Shown: positions 9,565 through 18,986 of the stretch, piece after piece
How positions within the stretch are numbered: position 1 is the stretch's first letter
How the letters are laid out: every line of letters starts with the position of its first letter
Source of the DNA: Myxococcota bacterium
GTDB taxonomy: Bacteria; Myxococcota_A; SURF-8
NCBI GenBank assembly: GCA_963674735.2
Contig: CAXXQS010000002.1
Coordinates: forward strand, 576,001-640,000
DNA: 64,000 nucleotides
Direction of reading: 5' to 3'
Program-made: the position numbers and the translations under genes
Notes under the pieces: model-generated
Database searches by the model: none
The model's input: only the letters and a program-made list of their open reading frames with translations
What the model was told of the DNA's origin: nothing

Positions 9565-10700
9565 CAGGCCAAGCCCTCCCGCACGCTTTCTCCGATACTC
9601 AAAAGGCCTTCGATATCAGCAACATCGGCCTTGAGCAAGGGGGCGTGATAGAGTTCCGGGGGGGGATTGAAACCGATGCGGAACTGCTCGACCAGCCGCT
9701 GCTGATGACGGGCGGCAGCGGCGTAACGCTGTTGCGACTCCACCAACCGCTCGATGAATGCATCGCACTGCAAGCCGCGCGCGTCGGGATGGGCCGCGCA
9801 ACGCGCCTGAATCTCGGATGCGCGTAACTCGCCCTGCGGGCCGGGCAACATGCGGTTGATCAGAAAACCGCCGAAAGGCAGTTCCATACGCTGTAGTTCG
9901 CGATGAAACAGCGCGGCATCCTGCAGGGAGCTCGGCTGTGCGGTGGCCACCACCAGAAAACGGGAATCGGGATCGTGCAGCAGGGTCTGCACCGAACGCG
10001 CTCGCTCGCGAAAGCCCTCGTACATCCCCTGAAAGAGCAGCAGGTATTCCGACAAATCCTCCAGCATGTCACCGCCCACAAAGCGGGTGAGGGTTTTAAA
10101 GATATAGGCCGAGCCGAAGCTCAACACTTGCACCCCCACCTTGCCCGCCATGAGATAAGGCTTGATCACCCAGCGGAAAATGGATTCGTCGAACGCATCG
10201 ATCAGGCGCTGGGGGGCATCGAGAAAATCGAGCGCGTGCACCGTGGGTGGCGTATCGAGCACCAGCAGGTCGTAGGCGTCCTGTTCACTCAGTTCATACA
10301 GCCGTTCCATGGCCGTGTATTCCTGCGAACCGCCCACCGCTCCGGAAAAATGGCGATAGAACTTGTTGTTCAGAATGGCCTCGGCCTGCTTGGACGTCGT
10401 GGCGTTGCGCTGCACCAGGCGGTCGAAGGTACTGCGCACATCCAGCATGATGGCGTCGAGCCGTCCCGTTTCGTAATCGGGCAAGGGCGGAACGTCGATG
10501 GCGCGCGCTTCGTCGCCGATGTCGCTCAAGCCGAGCGAGGAGGCCAAACGCCGCGCGGGATCGATGGTCAGCACGGCTACATTGCGCCCCAACCGGGCGG
10601 CACGGCAGGCGATGGCGGCGGCCAGAGTGGTTTTGCCCACCCCGCCCGCTCCGCAGGTGATGATCACCCGCTTGTTTTCGAAAATGCGATCAAGATCCAT
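9564..10700 (-). CDS. ArsA/Get3-family ATPase
   Basis: GAGGVGKTT, TIDPARRLA and DTPPT motifs. Confidence 0.9.
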   Translation of the reverse strand: MDLDRIFENKRVIITCGAGGVGKTTLAAAIACRAARLGRNVAVLTIDPARRLASSLGLSDIGDEARAIDVPPLPDYETGRLDAIMLDVRSTFDRLVQRNATTSKQAEAILNNKFYRHFSGAVGGSQEYTAMERLYELSEQDAYDLLVLDTPPTVHALDFLDAPQRLIDAFDESIFRWVIKPYLMAGKVGVQVLSFGSAYIFKTLTRFVGGDMLEDLSEYLLLFQGMYEGFRERARSVQTLLHDPDSRFLVVATAQPSSLQDAALFHRELQRMELPFGGFLINRMLPGPQGELRASEIQARCAAHPDARGLQCDAFIERLVESQQRYAAAARHQQRLVEQFRIGFNPPPELYHAPLLKADVADIEGLLSIGESVREGLA

Positions 10701-11643
10701 GGTAGCTCGCCAACTCTTCCTCGATATTCAGCGCGATGCGCTCGGTTTCGGCCGGTCCGAAGTTGTCGGAGAACATGAACGGCAGCCGCACCTCGGGCAG
10801 AGGCACGCGGCGGGCCAGCTCTTTCACGTATTGGTCGGACAAGCGCCGCCGTCGAATCATGGTATCGGCCTGGCTCACCAATTCGGCGATTTCGGGATCC
10901 TCTCCCAGCAATTGCGCCAACTGTTCCAACCGCCCTTCATCATAAGCTTCGAAAAAGCGTGGAAAGACGGCATTGATGAAAATCGCCCCCATGGGAAGCC
11001 CCAGTTCGCGGTTGATTTTCTCGTAGCTCTCGGCGGTTTCCGCCACCGGCATTTCTTCGGGCAGGGTGACGAAATTGACGGCGGTTTTCAGCGGATTCTG
11101 CAACATGGCGATCATCCCGGCGGCTTCACGCTGGATCGGCCCGGTTTTGACGGCCCGCTGCATGACAAACGGAAGTTCCAGAAGAAACATCCCGTGGCCG
11201 GTGGGGGGGGCATCCACGATCACCAGATCGTAGACGGGACGCCCGGTTTTCTTGTCCATCTGGTTGACATGATAGTAGATTTTTCCCAACACCACCAGAT
11301 CGTTCAAGGCCGGAACGGCCTTCAGAAAATACTTGACGGCCCGATTTTCGAAAACCAGACGGTAGATGAACTCCAGCCGCACCTGCAAAAGCACGTATTC
11401 CTTCATGGCGGCGGTGGGTTCGATATTCACCCCGAACAGTCCCGGCATCACTTCATGGATATCCCGTCCGGCGGGGGCGCAACCGAGATAGGAGGCGATT
11501 TTGTCGGGGGTGTTCACCTGCACAAGCAAGACGCGCTTGCCGCGCTTGAGCGCGAGGCGGGCCAGCGCGGCCGAAACAAGGCTTTTGCCCACTCCGCCCT
11601 TGCCCATGATAAACAACAGTCGCCGATCGAGCAGATTACCCAT
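10690..11643 (-). CDS. ArsA/Get3-family ATPase (partner paralog)
   Basis: GKGGVGKS, DAPPTGH and VTLPEEMPVAET motifs; overlaps the next ATPase gene. Confidence 0.88.
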   Translation of the reverse strand: MGNLLDRRLLFIMGKGGVGKSLVSAALARLALKRGKRVLLVQVNTPDKIASYLGCAPAGRDIHEVMPGLFGVNIEPTAAMKEYVLLQVRLEFIYRLVFENRAVKYFLKAVPALNDLVVLGKIYYHVNQMDKKTGRPVYDLVIVDAPPTGHGMFLLELPFVMQRAVKTGPIQREAAGMIAMLQNPLKTAVNFVTLPEEMPVAETAESYEKINRELGLPMGAIFINAVFPRFFEAYDEGRLEQLAQLLGEDPEIAELVSQADTMIRRRRLSDQYVKELARRVPLPEVRLPFMFSDNFGPAETERIALNIEEELASYHGS

Positions 11644-11704
11644 TTTCGACCCACCGCTCCGGTTCATTCTTGAGGCGTTACGATAGCTTCCACCCGACGG
11701 GCTG

Positions 11705-12664
11705 TCAAGCAACACCGCCTTTTAAGGCCGAATCCGCCTGTCCCGGCAACGCGTTCACCAGAGCGGCCAACGTCCGGTTCACCGGCGTCGGCACCCCGTT
11801 TCGCTCCCCGAGACGCGCAACCGCGCCGCAGATGGCGTCGATTTCCGTGCGGCGTCGGGCCGTGACATCCTGATACATACTGGAGTGGTTCTCGGCGGTC
11901 AGGCGCATCACCTCACGGGTGCGGGCAACGAGCGAGTCGGCATCGAGGGCCATGCCTTCGGCCTGCGCCACGGCGGAAACCTCGCGCACGGCGGCGTCAC
12001 AGACGACCAGCAGGTCGGGCCGGTCGAGCAACGCGCCGTTTTTAAGGCGCAACAGAGCCGTGAAAGGATTGATCCCGCAATTGACGGCCAGCTTGGAAAA
12101 CAGGATGGAGCGAACGTCGTCGACCGGCTTGAAAAGAACGCCCGCTTGCGTGAAAGCCTCGGCCACCCGAGTCAAACGCGCACTGAAACCGCCCTGCCAG
12201 TCGCCGATGAACGTTTCCCCTTCTCCCGCATGGTGCAACACACCCGCGCTATCCAGGTAGCCGCCCATGGTGGTGGTGGCGGCCATAACCTGTGTCGGAT
12301 CAAGGACTTCCGCCAGCGTCTCGGCGTTACCGATGCCGTTTTGCAGGCTGATGGCCGTGGTTCGTTCACCGAATAACACCCGGTGCTGCCGGACGGCCTG
12401 AGCCGTATCGTAGGCTTTCACCGTCACGATCGCGACGTCCACTTCCCCGGCCTGCTTGGCGTCGGTCACCACCCGCAGCGGGCTTGTATGCGACCCGCGT
12501 ACACCCTGTATGCGCAACCCGTCGCGTTGCAGGTTCTCCACCCGCTTGCCCGGCCGACCCACAAACACGACCTCCAGCCCTCCGAGAGTCAGATAGCCCC
12601 CAATCATACTTCCCACGGCCCCGGGGCCGACAATGGCGACTCGCATCCTCAATCCTTTCTTCAT
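11705..12664 (-). CDS. panE: 2-dehydropantoate 2-reductase
   Basis: GPGAVG, VKAYD, LQNGIG, KLAVNCGINP and SSMYQD...RTEIDAICG motifs. Confidence 0.93.
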   Translation of the reverse strand: MKKGLRMRVAIVGPGAVGSMIGGYLTLGGLEVVFVGRPGKRVENLQRDGLRIQGVRGSHTSPLRVVTDAKQAGEVDVAIVTVKAYDTAQAVRQHRVLFGERTTAISLQNGIGNAETLAEVLDPTQVMAATTTMGGYLDSAGVLHHAGEGETFIGDWQGGFSARLTRVAEAFTQAGVLFKPVDDVRSILFSKLAVNCGINPFTALLRLKNGALLDRPDLLVVCDAAVREVSAVAQAEGMALDADSLVARTREVMRLTAENHSSMYQDVTARRRTEIDAICGAVARLGERNGVPTPVNRTLAALVNALPGQADSALKGGVA

Positions 12665-12790
12665 CCTTCACGCCGTCTTATAGCGCCGGAGACCCATCGT
12701 ATGCCAGACATGTAAAGGGGTCAAGCAAAGCCGCGCACCAGTTCCGAAGCGTGATTTTTGTATTTGATACTAGGATTCATACCATTTTCC

Positions 12791-12819
12791 TTGACTCTGC
12801 CGTCAAAACACGGTAGAAA
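12791..12819 (+). promoter_or_regulatory. Putative promoter with overlapping inverted repeat upstream of the Rrf2 gene
   Basis: TTGACT-17 bp-TAGAAA; TTGAC-N6-GTCAA palindrome at 12791-12806. Confidence 0.45.
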
Positions 12820-12874
12820 CCCGACGCTCTTGCTATGTGACAACGTGACTAATGAATCGAGAGGTACCCCACAC

Positions 12875-13315
12875 ATGAAGCTAACTGCACAAATTGAGTA
12901 TGCGTACTGGGCCTTGCTTGACATCGCCGAACGCTACAACCCCGAAGCCACCGTCAACCTCAACGAAATTTCGCAACGAAACGGGATCCCTGAAAAATAC
13001 TTGCTTCAAGTCATGCTCAAGCTGAAGAAGAAAGGTCTGGTTCGTTCCCGTCGCGGCAGCGGCGGCGGTTTCCAGCTGACGCGCGAACCCAAGGACATCA
13101 ACTTGTCCGAAGTGGTCGGCATCCTCGGCGGTCCGCAGCAGGAAATCAACAGCGCCTTCAAACCGGGCAACAAAAAACGCCCCAACCCCAAAAACGCCTT
13201 CTTCACCATCTGGCGCACCGGCCAGGAAGCGTTTTTCGAGGAGCTCAACAAGTACACGCTTGAAACGCTGATTCAGAAAGAAAAGAAAGCCAAAAGCAAG
13301 AAAAACGGGAAGTAG
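12875..13315 (+). CDS. Rrf2-family transcriptional regulator (no Cys)
   Basis: MKLTAQIEYA..ALLDIA, IPEKYLLQVM..LKK.GLVRSRRGSGGGFQL..P..I; GAGG RBS. Confidence 0.92.
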   Translation: MKLTAQIEYAYWALLDIAERYNPEATVNLNEISQRNGIPEKYLLQVMLKLKKKGLVRSRRGSGGGFQLTREPKDINLSEVVGILGGPQQEINSAFKPGNKKRPNPKNAFFTIWRTGQEAFFEELNKYTLETLIQKEKKAKSKKNGK

Positions 13316-13398
13316 TCGCGGCTGAGCCTCGCAGCCTTACCCGATCTTGTTCAGCATACGCCCGTTGTCAAAAGCGGGCGTATGTGCTTTTATGAAAC

Positions 13399-14289
13399 AT
13401 GACCGTCATCAGCGCATCCCGCCGCACCGACCTTCCCGCCTTTCACGGCGCATGGCTGCGGCGACGTTTGCAGGAAGGTTTCTGCGAAGTCCGCCACCCC
13501 TTCACCGGGGCCGTCAACCACGTCGATCTCACCCCCGAGGCGGTGGACGCCTTCGTCTTCTGGAGCAAGGATTTCAGCCGTTTTCAGCCTCTGCTCGACG
13601 AAGCCGAAGCCCTGGGACATCGCGTCTTCGCCTTTCAGTACACCCTCAACGCCTATCCCGCCTGGCTGGAGCCGCGCGTGGCGGAGCCGACCGTGCTCGT
13701 CAAAGCGGCACAGGCCCTGGCGAAACGCTACTCGCCGGCGGCGCTGGTGTGGCGTTACGACCCCATTCTGATCACACGGGAATTGTCGATCGACGATCAC
13801 TTGCGCCGTTTCGGCGATCTGGCCCGACGCCTGGAGGGAGCCACTGAACAGGTGACGACCAGTTTCCTCGATCGCTACCGCAAGACGGATCGCAACCTGC
13901 TGCCGATCCTGGCCGAACGGGGCGACCGGCTTGAAGATCCCGGACTACTCGAACGACGGGAATGGGTTGAGCGTCTGGCGGCCATCGCCCGCCGTCACGG
14001 CATGGGGCTGTCGCTTTGTTGCGAAACAGACCTGCTCTCGCCCAACACGGCCAAAGCCCGTTGCGTCGACCGCGATCGACTCGGGCGTCTGGCGGGTCGC
14101 CCGCTCGACCTACCCGCCCGTCCCACACGCAAAGGCTGCGGGTGCCATGCCTCCGTGGACATCGGCGGTTACGACACCTGCCCGCACGGATGCCGCTACT
14201 GTTATGCCAATGCGGCCTCCGACGTCGCCCTGAGACGCACCGAAGTCGACCCGGCTCATCCGATCCTGGAGATGGCGCCTCGCCGGTAA
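13399..14289 (+). CDS. DUF1848-family protein (C-terminal CxxxCxxC Fe-S motif)
   Basis: ISASRRTDLPAF, VFWSK, WRYDPI and CGC..SVDIGGYDTCPHGCRYCYAN motifs. Confidence 0.88.
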   Translation: MTVISASRRTDLPAFHGAWLRRRLQEGFCEVRHPFTGAVNHVDLTPEAVDAFVFWSKDFSRFQPLLDEAEALGHRVFAFQYTLNAYPAWLEPRVAEPTVLVKAAQALAKRYSPAALVWRYDPILITRELSIDDHLRRFGDLARRLEGATEQVTTSFLDRYRKTDRNLLPILAERGDRLEDPGLLERREWVERLAAIARRHGMGLSLCCETDLLSPNTAKARCVDRDRLGRLAGRPLDLPARPTRKGCGCHASVDIGGYDTCPHGCRYCYANAASDVALRRTEVDPAHPILEMAPRR

Positions 14290-14323
14290 ATTCAAGACGA
14301 TCACGATTTGAAATGGATTCCGA

Positions 14324-15442
14324 TCAGAGGATACTCGATCGGTGACGCAGACGCGCCAAGGCTCGGCGGCATTGCTCGGCTTCGCGAATGCGGTTGTGCT
14401 CGGGGTAGATACACAAGAGCCGTTCCAGCATTTCGCGCGCGGCGTCGTCATCCCAGGCCTGTAGGAAAAAGGCGTTTTCGATTTCCACCAAGGCTCCGGC
14501 GTAGTCGCCCCGGGCGTCCAGCTCGGCCGCCAGTTTCAACCGGGCGCGATAGCTGCCGGGATCGGCTTCACGTAAAAACTGGGTTTTGGGATGCTCGCGG
14601 ATTTCGGCCGGAGGTGGCACTTCGGCCATATCGAAGAACTGAACCGCCTCGGGTTCCGACATTTCGGGAATCTGCAAATCGCCCGCGTGCCACCAGTAGT
14701 GATAGCCATTGACGAACATGGGCGTGCGCAAATGACGGAAATAGGCATGGTGCGCCTGGGTGATCTGTCCGCGCATGGCGTGCAGGCGGGCGGTCCACAA
14801 AGAGGGCGCACCGAACATCGGCAAGGTGCGTGCGGCGGTTTCAAGGTACTGGAAAGACATATCGAAACCATGAACGGCGTACTGATTCATGGCGCTGTAA
14901 ACCAAGGGGAAAACCGCCTCGCTATCCATGGCCAACACGTTGTTCTGCCACATCAACGCGGTCGAGGGCGGCGTGGTCATCAGATCGAACTCATCGAGAC
15001 CGCAGGAACCCTGGAACAATTCGAGAATCTTGCGAATCTCGTCCCAGTCCTCGCTGCCGACCGAGTCGATCAGTTCCTTTCCGAGCCACCAAACGAAAAA
15101 AGCTTTCATACTGTGCGTAATAGGCAGGAAATGATTGGTTTCCTGCATCCAGATACCGATCGGCACCCGCCCGTCGACGCCACGCCAGGGCAGGTAGAAG
15201 CAATACATATCGCCTTCCTGCTCGCGACCGAACGGCACCAGTCCCGGCATCATCATGGAGGGCCGATGCTCCTCCGAAATCACCTCACCCACGCGAAAGA
15301 ACCCGAGAAACTCGTAAAACTCCTCGGGTAGGTTCTCGTAGAGCTCAAGCATGGTTTCGGGGATCTGAAAACCGAAACGGTCTTCAAACTCGCCTCGCAT
15401 CGTGTCGTCGACTTTTTTCGTCCAAAGGAACAGTTGTCCCAT
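14324..15442 (-). CDS. SMI1/KNR4 (SUKH)-like protein with helical/TPR C-terminus
   Basis: FEDRFGFQIPETMLELY, LVPFGREQEGDMYCF and ITHSMKAFF are SUKH-like; start uncertain. Confidence 0.6.
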   Translation of the reverse strand: MGQLFLWTKKVDDTMRGEFEDRFGFQIPETMLELYENLPEEFYEFLGFFRVGEVISEEHRPSMMMPGLVPFGREQEGDMYCFYLPWRGVDGRVPIGIWMQETNHFLPITHSMKAFFVWWLGKELIDSVGSEDWDEIRKILELFQGSCGLDEFDLMTTPPSTALMWQNNVLAMDSEAVFPLVYSAMNQYAVHGFDMSFQYLETAARTLPMFGAPSLWTARLHAMRGQITQAHHAYFRHLRTPMFVNGYHYWWHAGDLQIPEMSEPEAVQFFDMAEVPPPAEIREHPKTQFLREADPGSYRARLKLAAELDARGDYAGALVEIENAFFLQAWDDDAAREMLERLLCIYPEHNRIREAEQCRRALARLRHRSSIL

Positions 15443-15900
15443 AGTGCTGTATTCTCTATGTAGATAGTGGGATTGGCCGAGTCGTTGACCGTGCCGTGTT
15501 TTCACCCCACAGGTTTGCCAACAGGTTGACCCGACTCTACTCGAATTGCCCCGGCTTGTCCAATACGATTTCACACTTTTTATAAGCCGTTGACATTCCA
15601 TACCCTTTGCCTTTTCCTCATGAGAACCGCCCTTTGTCGATCTCATTTCAGACACCGACCTCGTGGCGATCCGAGGCTCGGCAACGCAAATCATTGGACT
15701 TTTTCTGCGCGAATGGCAAAACGCTGCATTAATTCTCTCCCATAATTTCCTTGACAATGATCCGAGGGTCTGTTAATGCTCTCACTCCTGAATTGCCGGA
15801 TAGCGAGATCCGGACCCGTGTAAGTTGTCCCAACACGCCGTGCGGCGGAAGTAGGGGTGGCCGAAGCCTATTTCGGCGGCATTGATGCGAAAGGAAGAGA

Positions 15901-16122
15901 ATGCGGAATCCTACGAACAAACACGTCGGCATGTCCTGCCTGGAAGTTCGGGTATCGGACGATCTGGAGCGCGCGCTGCGGGCTCTGAAGAAGAAGATGG
16001 CCCAAGAAGGCATCTACAAAGAGATGAAGAAGCGCCGCTTTTACGAGAAGCCGTCCGTGCGCCGCAAGCGGAAGTCGGACGAAGCCGAGCGCCGTCGCCG
16101 GAAAAACGCCGCTCGCCGCTAA
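15901..16122 (+). CDS. rpsU: 30S ribosomal protein S21
   Basis: LERALRALKKK...KRRFYEKPSVRRKRK; AAGGAAG RBS; TTGACA at 15751. Confidence 0.95.
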   Translation: MRNPTNKHVGMSCLEVRVSDDLERALRALKKKMAQEGIYKEMKKRRFYEKPSVRRKRKSDEAERRRRKNAARR

Positions 16123-16158
16123 TCTTCAAACGACTCTTACACGAGAAATGGACATTCC

Positions 16159-16182
16159 GAGCCCGTTATGGGCTCTTTTTTT
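16159..16182 (+). terminator. Intrinsic terminator after rpsU
   Basis: GAGCCC-GTTAT-GGGCTC followed by TTTTTTT. Confidence 0.8.
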
Positions 16183-16272
16183 ATGCTTTTTCCGCCAGAT
16201 AGAGTTCTTGCCCGAACGGCCTGTCTTCCCTATAATCATCTCCACACTCACCAACGCAAGGAGTTGTCAGGC

Positions 16273-17772
16273 ATGATTCCCGGTCGCCGTTCTCGGTTGC
16301 ACCCCCACCTTTTCATTTTGGTGATCTTCGCCGCCGTCACGGTCGTTCCTGACACGGTCCTAGCCGGCAAGCAAGCCTTTCCTTGGTGGGCGGGTTGCCT
16401 GAACCTGCGCATGGATTCACACTATCTCGGATTCTGGCACCACGCCTCGCTCGTCCTTTGGAGCACGACGCTGATCCTGGCGCTGACGGTCTTGCCCTCC
16501 AGCCTGCTCGATTTTCGACGTAAAGGTGGATTCACCGCGAAAAGCCGACTCCTTTTTCCCTTGTTCCTGGCACTTTTACCGCTTATTACGACCGGAATCG
16601 GTATGTTGGCCGACCCGAGCAATCTTTCCCTGCTGGCCGAAAGCCTCGCACCCGTTGGAGGAGGCAACCCACGCGACATTCTGGCAAACGGTTTGTGGGC
16701 CGATCTGTTTCGCGGCCTGGCTCCGCAGGCCGACCTGATCACCACTTTCAACGGACTGTTCGCCGGTCTGGCCATCGCATTGACGGCCGTTGCCGCCGGA
16801 CTGATCTGGCAAAACACGCCAACCGCCTTTGTCGCGGCTTGTCTGGCCGGGCTGGGCGCGCTGCCGCTGGCCCACCTGGGAAGCGACGGCCCCGACATGC
16901 GCTTCGCTGTCCTGGGGCTTTTGCCGGTCGTCGCCGGTCTGTCGATCAAACACGGACATCGTTGGGCCTGGATCACGCTATCGCTTTCCATTCCCATGAT
17001 CGCCCTCAGCCTATTCGCCGGAAACGGTTTCACGTGGGAACCCGTTTCATTTGAACGGTTCCCCGCCGCATTCGGCCCCTTTTCGGCCTTCCTCGTCCTG
17101 GCGCTGGCGGCTGGATGTGTATTCGCCGTCAAAACGAGAGCTTACCTGGCTTTACTCGCTCCGTTTGCGGGGGTCGCGATGGTCGTTCTCAGCGGCCAGA
17201 CAGCCTGGTTGGTCTGCGCCTGGATGCTTCTCATGGTGACGGTCGCCGGTGGCATACACGGATTGTCCCGCTTGGCCGGAAAACCGGCAGGCTGGGTGAT
17301 GGCGGGCTGGGTTCTCGTCATCCTGCTGCCCGGCTGGTTCGACCGGGCCGCACAGCCGTCTTCCATCGGCCAAGTCGAGTACCGCTTCCTGGCGGAATTC
17401 GTGGATCAATTGGAGGAAGAGGAGGCGGTGCTGTACCTGCTCGGGCAACAGCCGCAGGAAACCAGCCGGTTTCCGGCAACCCTGGCGCGCCCGCAAGATC
17501 CGCTTTGTCTGCGCGCCGCCGTGGATTTCCCGCGCGATCCCGCCAATCACGGCCCGCAATGGCTGTACGCCGGTCCCGACTCCGACACCAGCACGCGTTC
17601 GTCTCATCTGACACCGGATGATTGGACTTTTTTCAGGAAGATCTATCGCCTGGAGCAGCTTCAGACCGTCTCGTTATGGGAAAGCGATGCACACGGCCGG
17701 CCGTTACGCCATCGCACGGCCCGTCTGGCACGTCTGGGCCCGTTACGCTCGACATCCGCCCAAGGCGACTAA
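16273..17772 (+). CDS. Polytopic membrane protein, possibly GT-C glycosyltransferase-like
   Basis: About 10 hydrophobic segments; soluble tail resembling those of 32160-34217 and 50877-53186. Confidence 0.55.
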   Translation: MIPGRRSRLHPHLFILVIFAAVTVVPDTVLAGKQAFPWWAGCLNLRMDSHYLGFWHHASLVLWSTTLILALTVLPSSLLDFRRKGGFTAKSRLLFPLFLALLPLITTGIGMLADPSNLSLLAESLAPVGGGNPRDILANGLWADLFRGLAPQADLITTFNGLFAGLAIALTAVAAGLIWQNTPTAFVAACLAGLGALPLAHLGSDGPDMRFAVLGLLPVVAGLSIKHGHRWAWITLSLSIPMIALSLFAGNGFTWEPVSFERFPAAFGPFSAFLVLALAAGCVFAVKTRAYLALLAPFAGVAMVVLSGQTAWLVCAWMLLMVTVAGGIHGLSRLAGKPAGWVMAGWVLVILLPGWFDRAAQPSSIGQVEYRFLAEFVDQLEEEEAVLYLLGQQPQETSRFPATLARPQDPLCLRAAVDFPRDPANHGPQWLYAGPDSDTSTRSSHLTPDDWTFFRKIYRLEQLQTVSLWESDAHGRPLRHRTARLARLGPLRSTSAQGD

Positions 17773-17821
17773 AAACGCCCCGATACCCGAGGAACAATAT
17801 TCTTCCGGCTAGCCGGTGATT

Positions 17822-18415
17822 TCAGATGGTGTGATCGGTCACCAACCGCTGGTAGGCTTCGCGTGGCCAGACGATGCGTACCCAAACCACATACACTTTC
17901 TGCCCGGCCGTTTCCCAAATTTCGTAATACACCTTATCCAGATCGATGCCGTCCGCCTTCACCGGCTTGCCATCCAGCCAAACCACGGCAGTCGGAACGA
18001 GATGCATGCGGTCGTCGATCAGGGTGGCGTCCAGACCGACTTCCATCCGAACTTTATCGCCGAAACGTCGTTTGACAAGCTCGGTCGCCCCCACGAACAA
18101 AGCACGTTGGTGGGCATCGACCAGGTCTTTCACGCTGCTGCCCTTGCCGATCTGGACAAAACGCGACGCCTCGTCCGCAGTCAATTTTCCAACCCAAGCA
18201 GGTGTTTGCTCCTCCGACTGGAAAACCGGTTTCAGCTTTTCAGTCTCGCTTTTCGTCTCAGACCCGGTTGCGCCTGGAGCCTTGGCTTCGTCTTTCGCCT
18301 GGGCCAAGCCGTCGAAACTCCAGCCAGCCAGCAGTAGCAGCAGAATCGAGACGATGTGGCCGACATAGCGCCATCCATAATGGGACCGACGGCCGTATAT
18401 TTGTTTGAAATTCAC
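17822..18415 (-). CDS. Hypothetical exported protein
   Basis: Signal-like hydrophobic stretch; start overlaps the upstream stop (GTGA). Confidence 0.55.
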   Translation of the reverse strand: MNFKQIYGRRSHYGWRYVGHIVSILLLLLAGWSFDGLAQAKDEAKAPGATGSETKSETEKLKPVFQSEEQTPAWVGKLTADEASRFVQIGKGSSVKDLVDAHQRALFVGATELVKRRFGDKVRMEVGLDATLIDDRMHLVPTAVVWLDGKPVKADGIDLDKVYYEIWETAGQKVYVVWVRIVWPREAYQRLVTDHTI

Positions 18416-18810
18416 GTCCCCTCCCCTTCATCCGTATCGTCTTTTCCCGCAGTTCGCAGCAAACCCAGAGCTCCCAAGGGAATCGCCACCACAAAATTAC
18501 TGACACCCAGGGCGAAACCGTAAGGACTGACCCGCAAACCGAACAGCAACCCGGCAACCAACAGAGCCATCATCCCGTATTTCATCAGAAAACGGACGGC
18601 CAACCCTCCCCGACCGCTTTCCGTCTGTTCCAGCATGCGTTCCAGCATGCGCGCCAGCAGCCAGAAATTCAACGATCCCACCAGCGCTCCGGCCGCAACG
18701 CCGGAAACATGCTCCGCACCCATCAGCGGCCAGGCCGCCAAAACAAGCAGCACGCCCAGCCCGATGCTCCACCCCAAAATGCGCTGAATTTTCGGATCCT
18801 GCATAATCAC
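18412..18810 (-). CDS. ATP synthase protein I-like 4-TM protein
   Basis: Four TM helices with G..VG.LNF.LL and F.MKY...ALL..P.GF.LG pattern of the AtpI family. Confidence 0.6.
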   Translation of the reverse strand: MIMQDPKIQRILGWSIGLGVLLVLAAWPLMGAEHVSGVAAGALVGSLNFWLLARMLERMLEQTESGRGGLAVRFLMKYGMMALLVAGLLFGLRVSPYGFALGVSNFVVAIPLGALGLLRTAGKDDTDEGEGT

Positions 18811-18840
18811 CCGCTACACGTCCGGCCGACTTTCATTCGG

Positions 18841-18869
18841 TTGACATCGCTTTTGCAACACCCTACACT
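18841..18869 (+). promoter_or_regulatory. Putative sigma70 promoter
   Basis: TTGACA-17 bp-TACACT upstream of the TPR gene. Confidence 0.6.
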
Positions 18870-18986
18870 ACTTCACATGGTTTTGAAAACACTTGTGCAC
18901 GAGACGGGATCGCTCGGACCCGCTCCACATCCGTCTCCGATTGAAAACAACCACAGCCCGAAACCCGAGAGGGTAAGGAGGCCAAG

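Noticed and set aside
9564-11643. Arsenic resistance operon
   Set aside because: No arsB/acr3, arsC, arsD or arsR; single-domain paralogs with divergent motifs.
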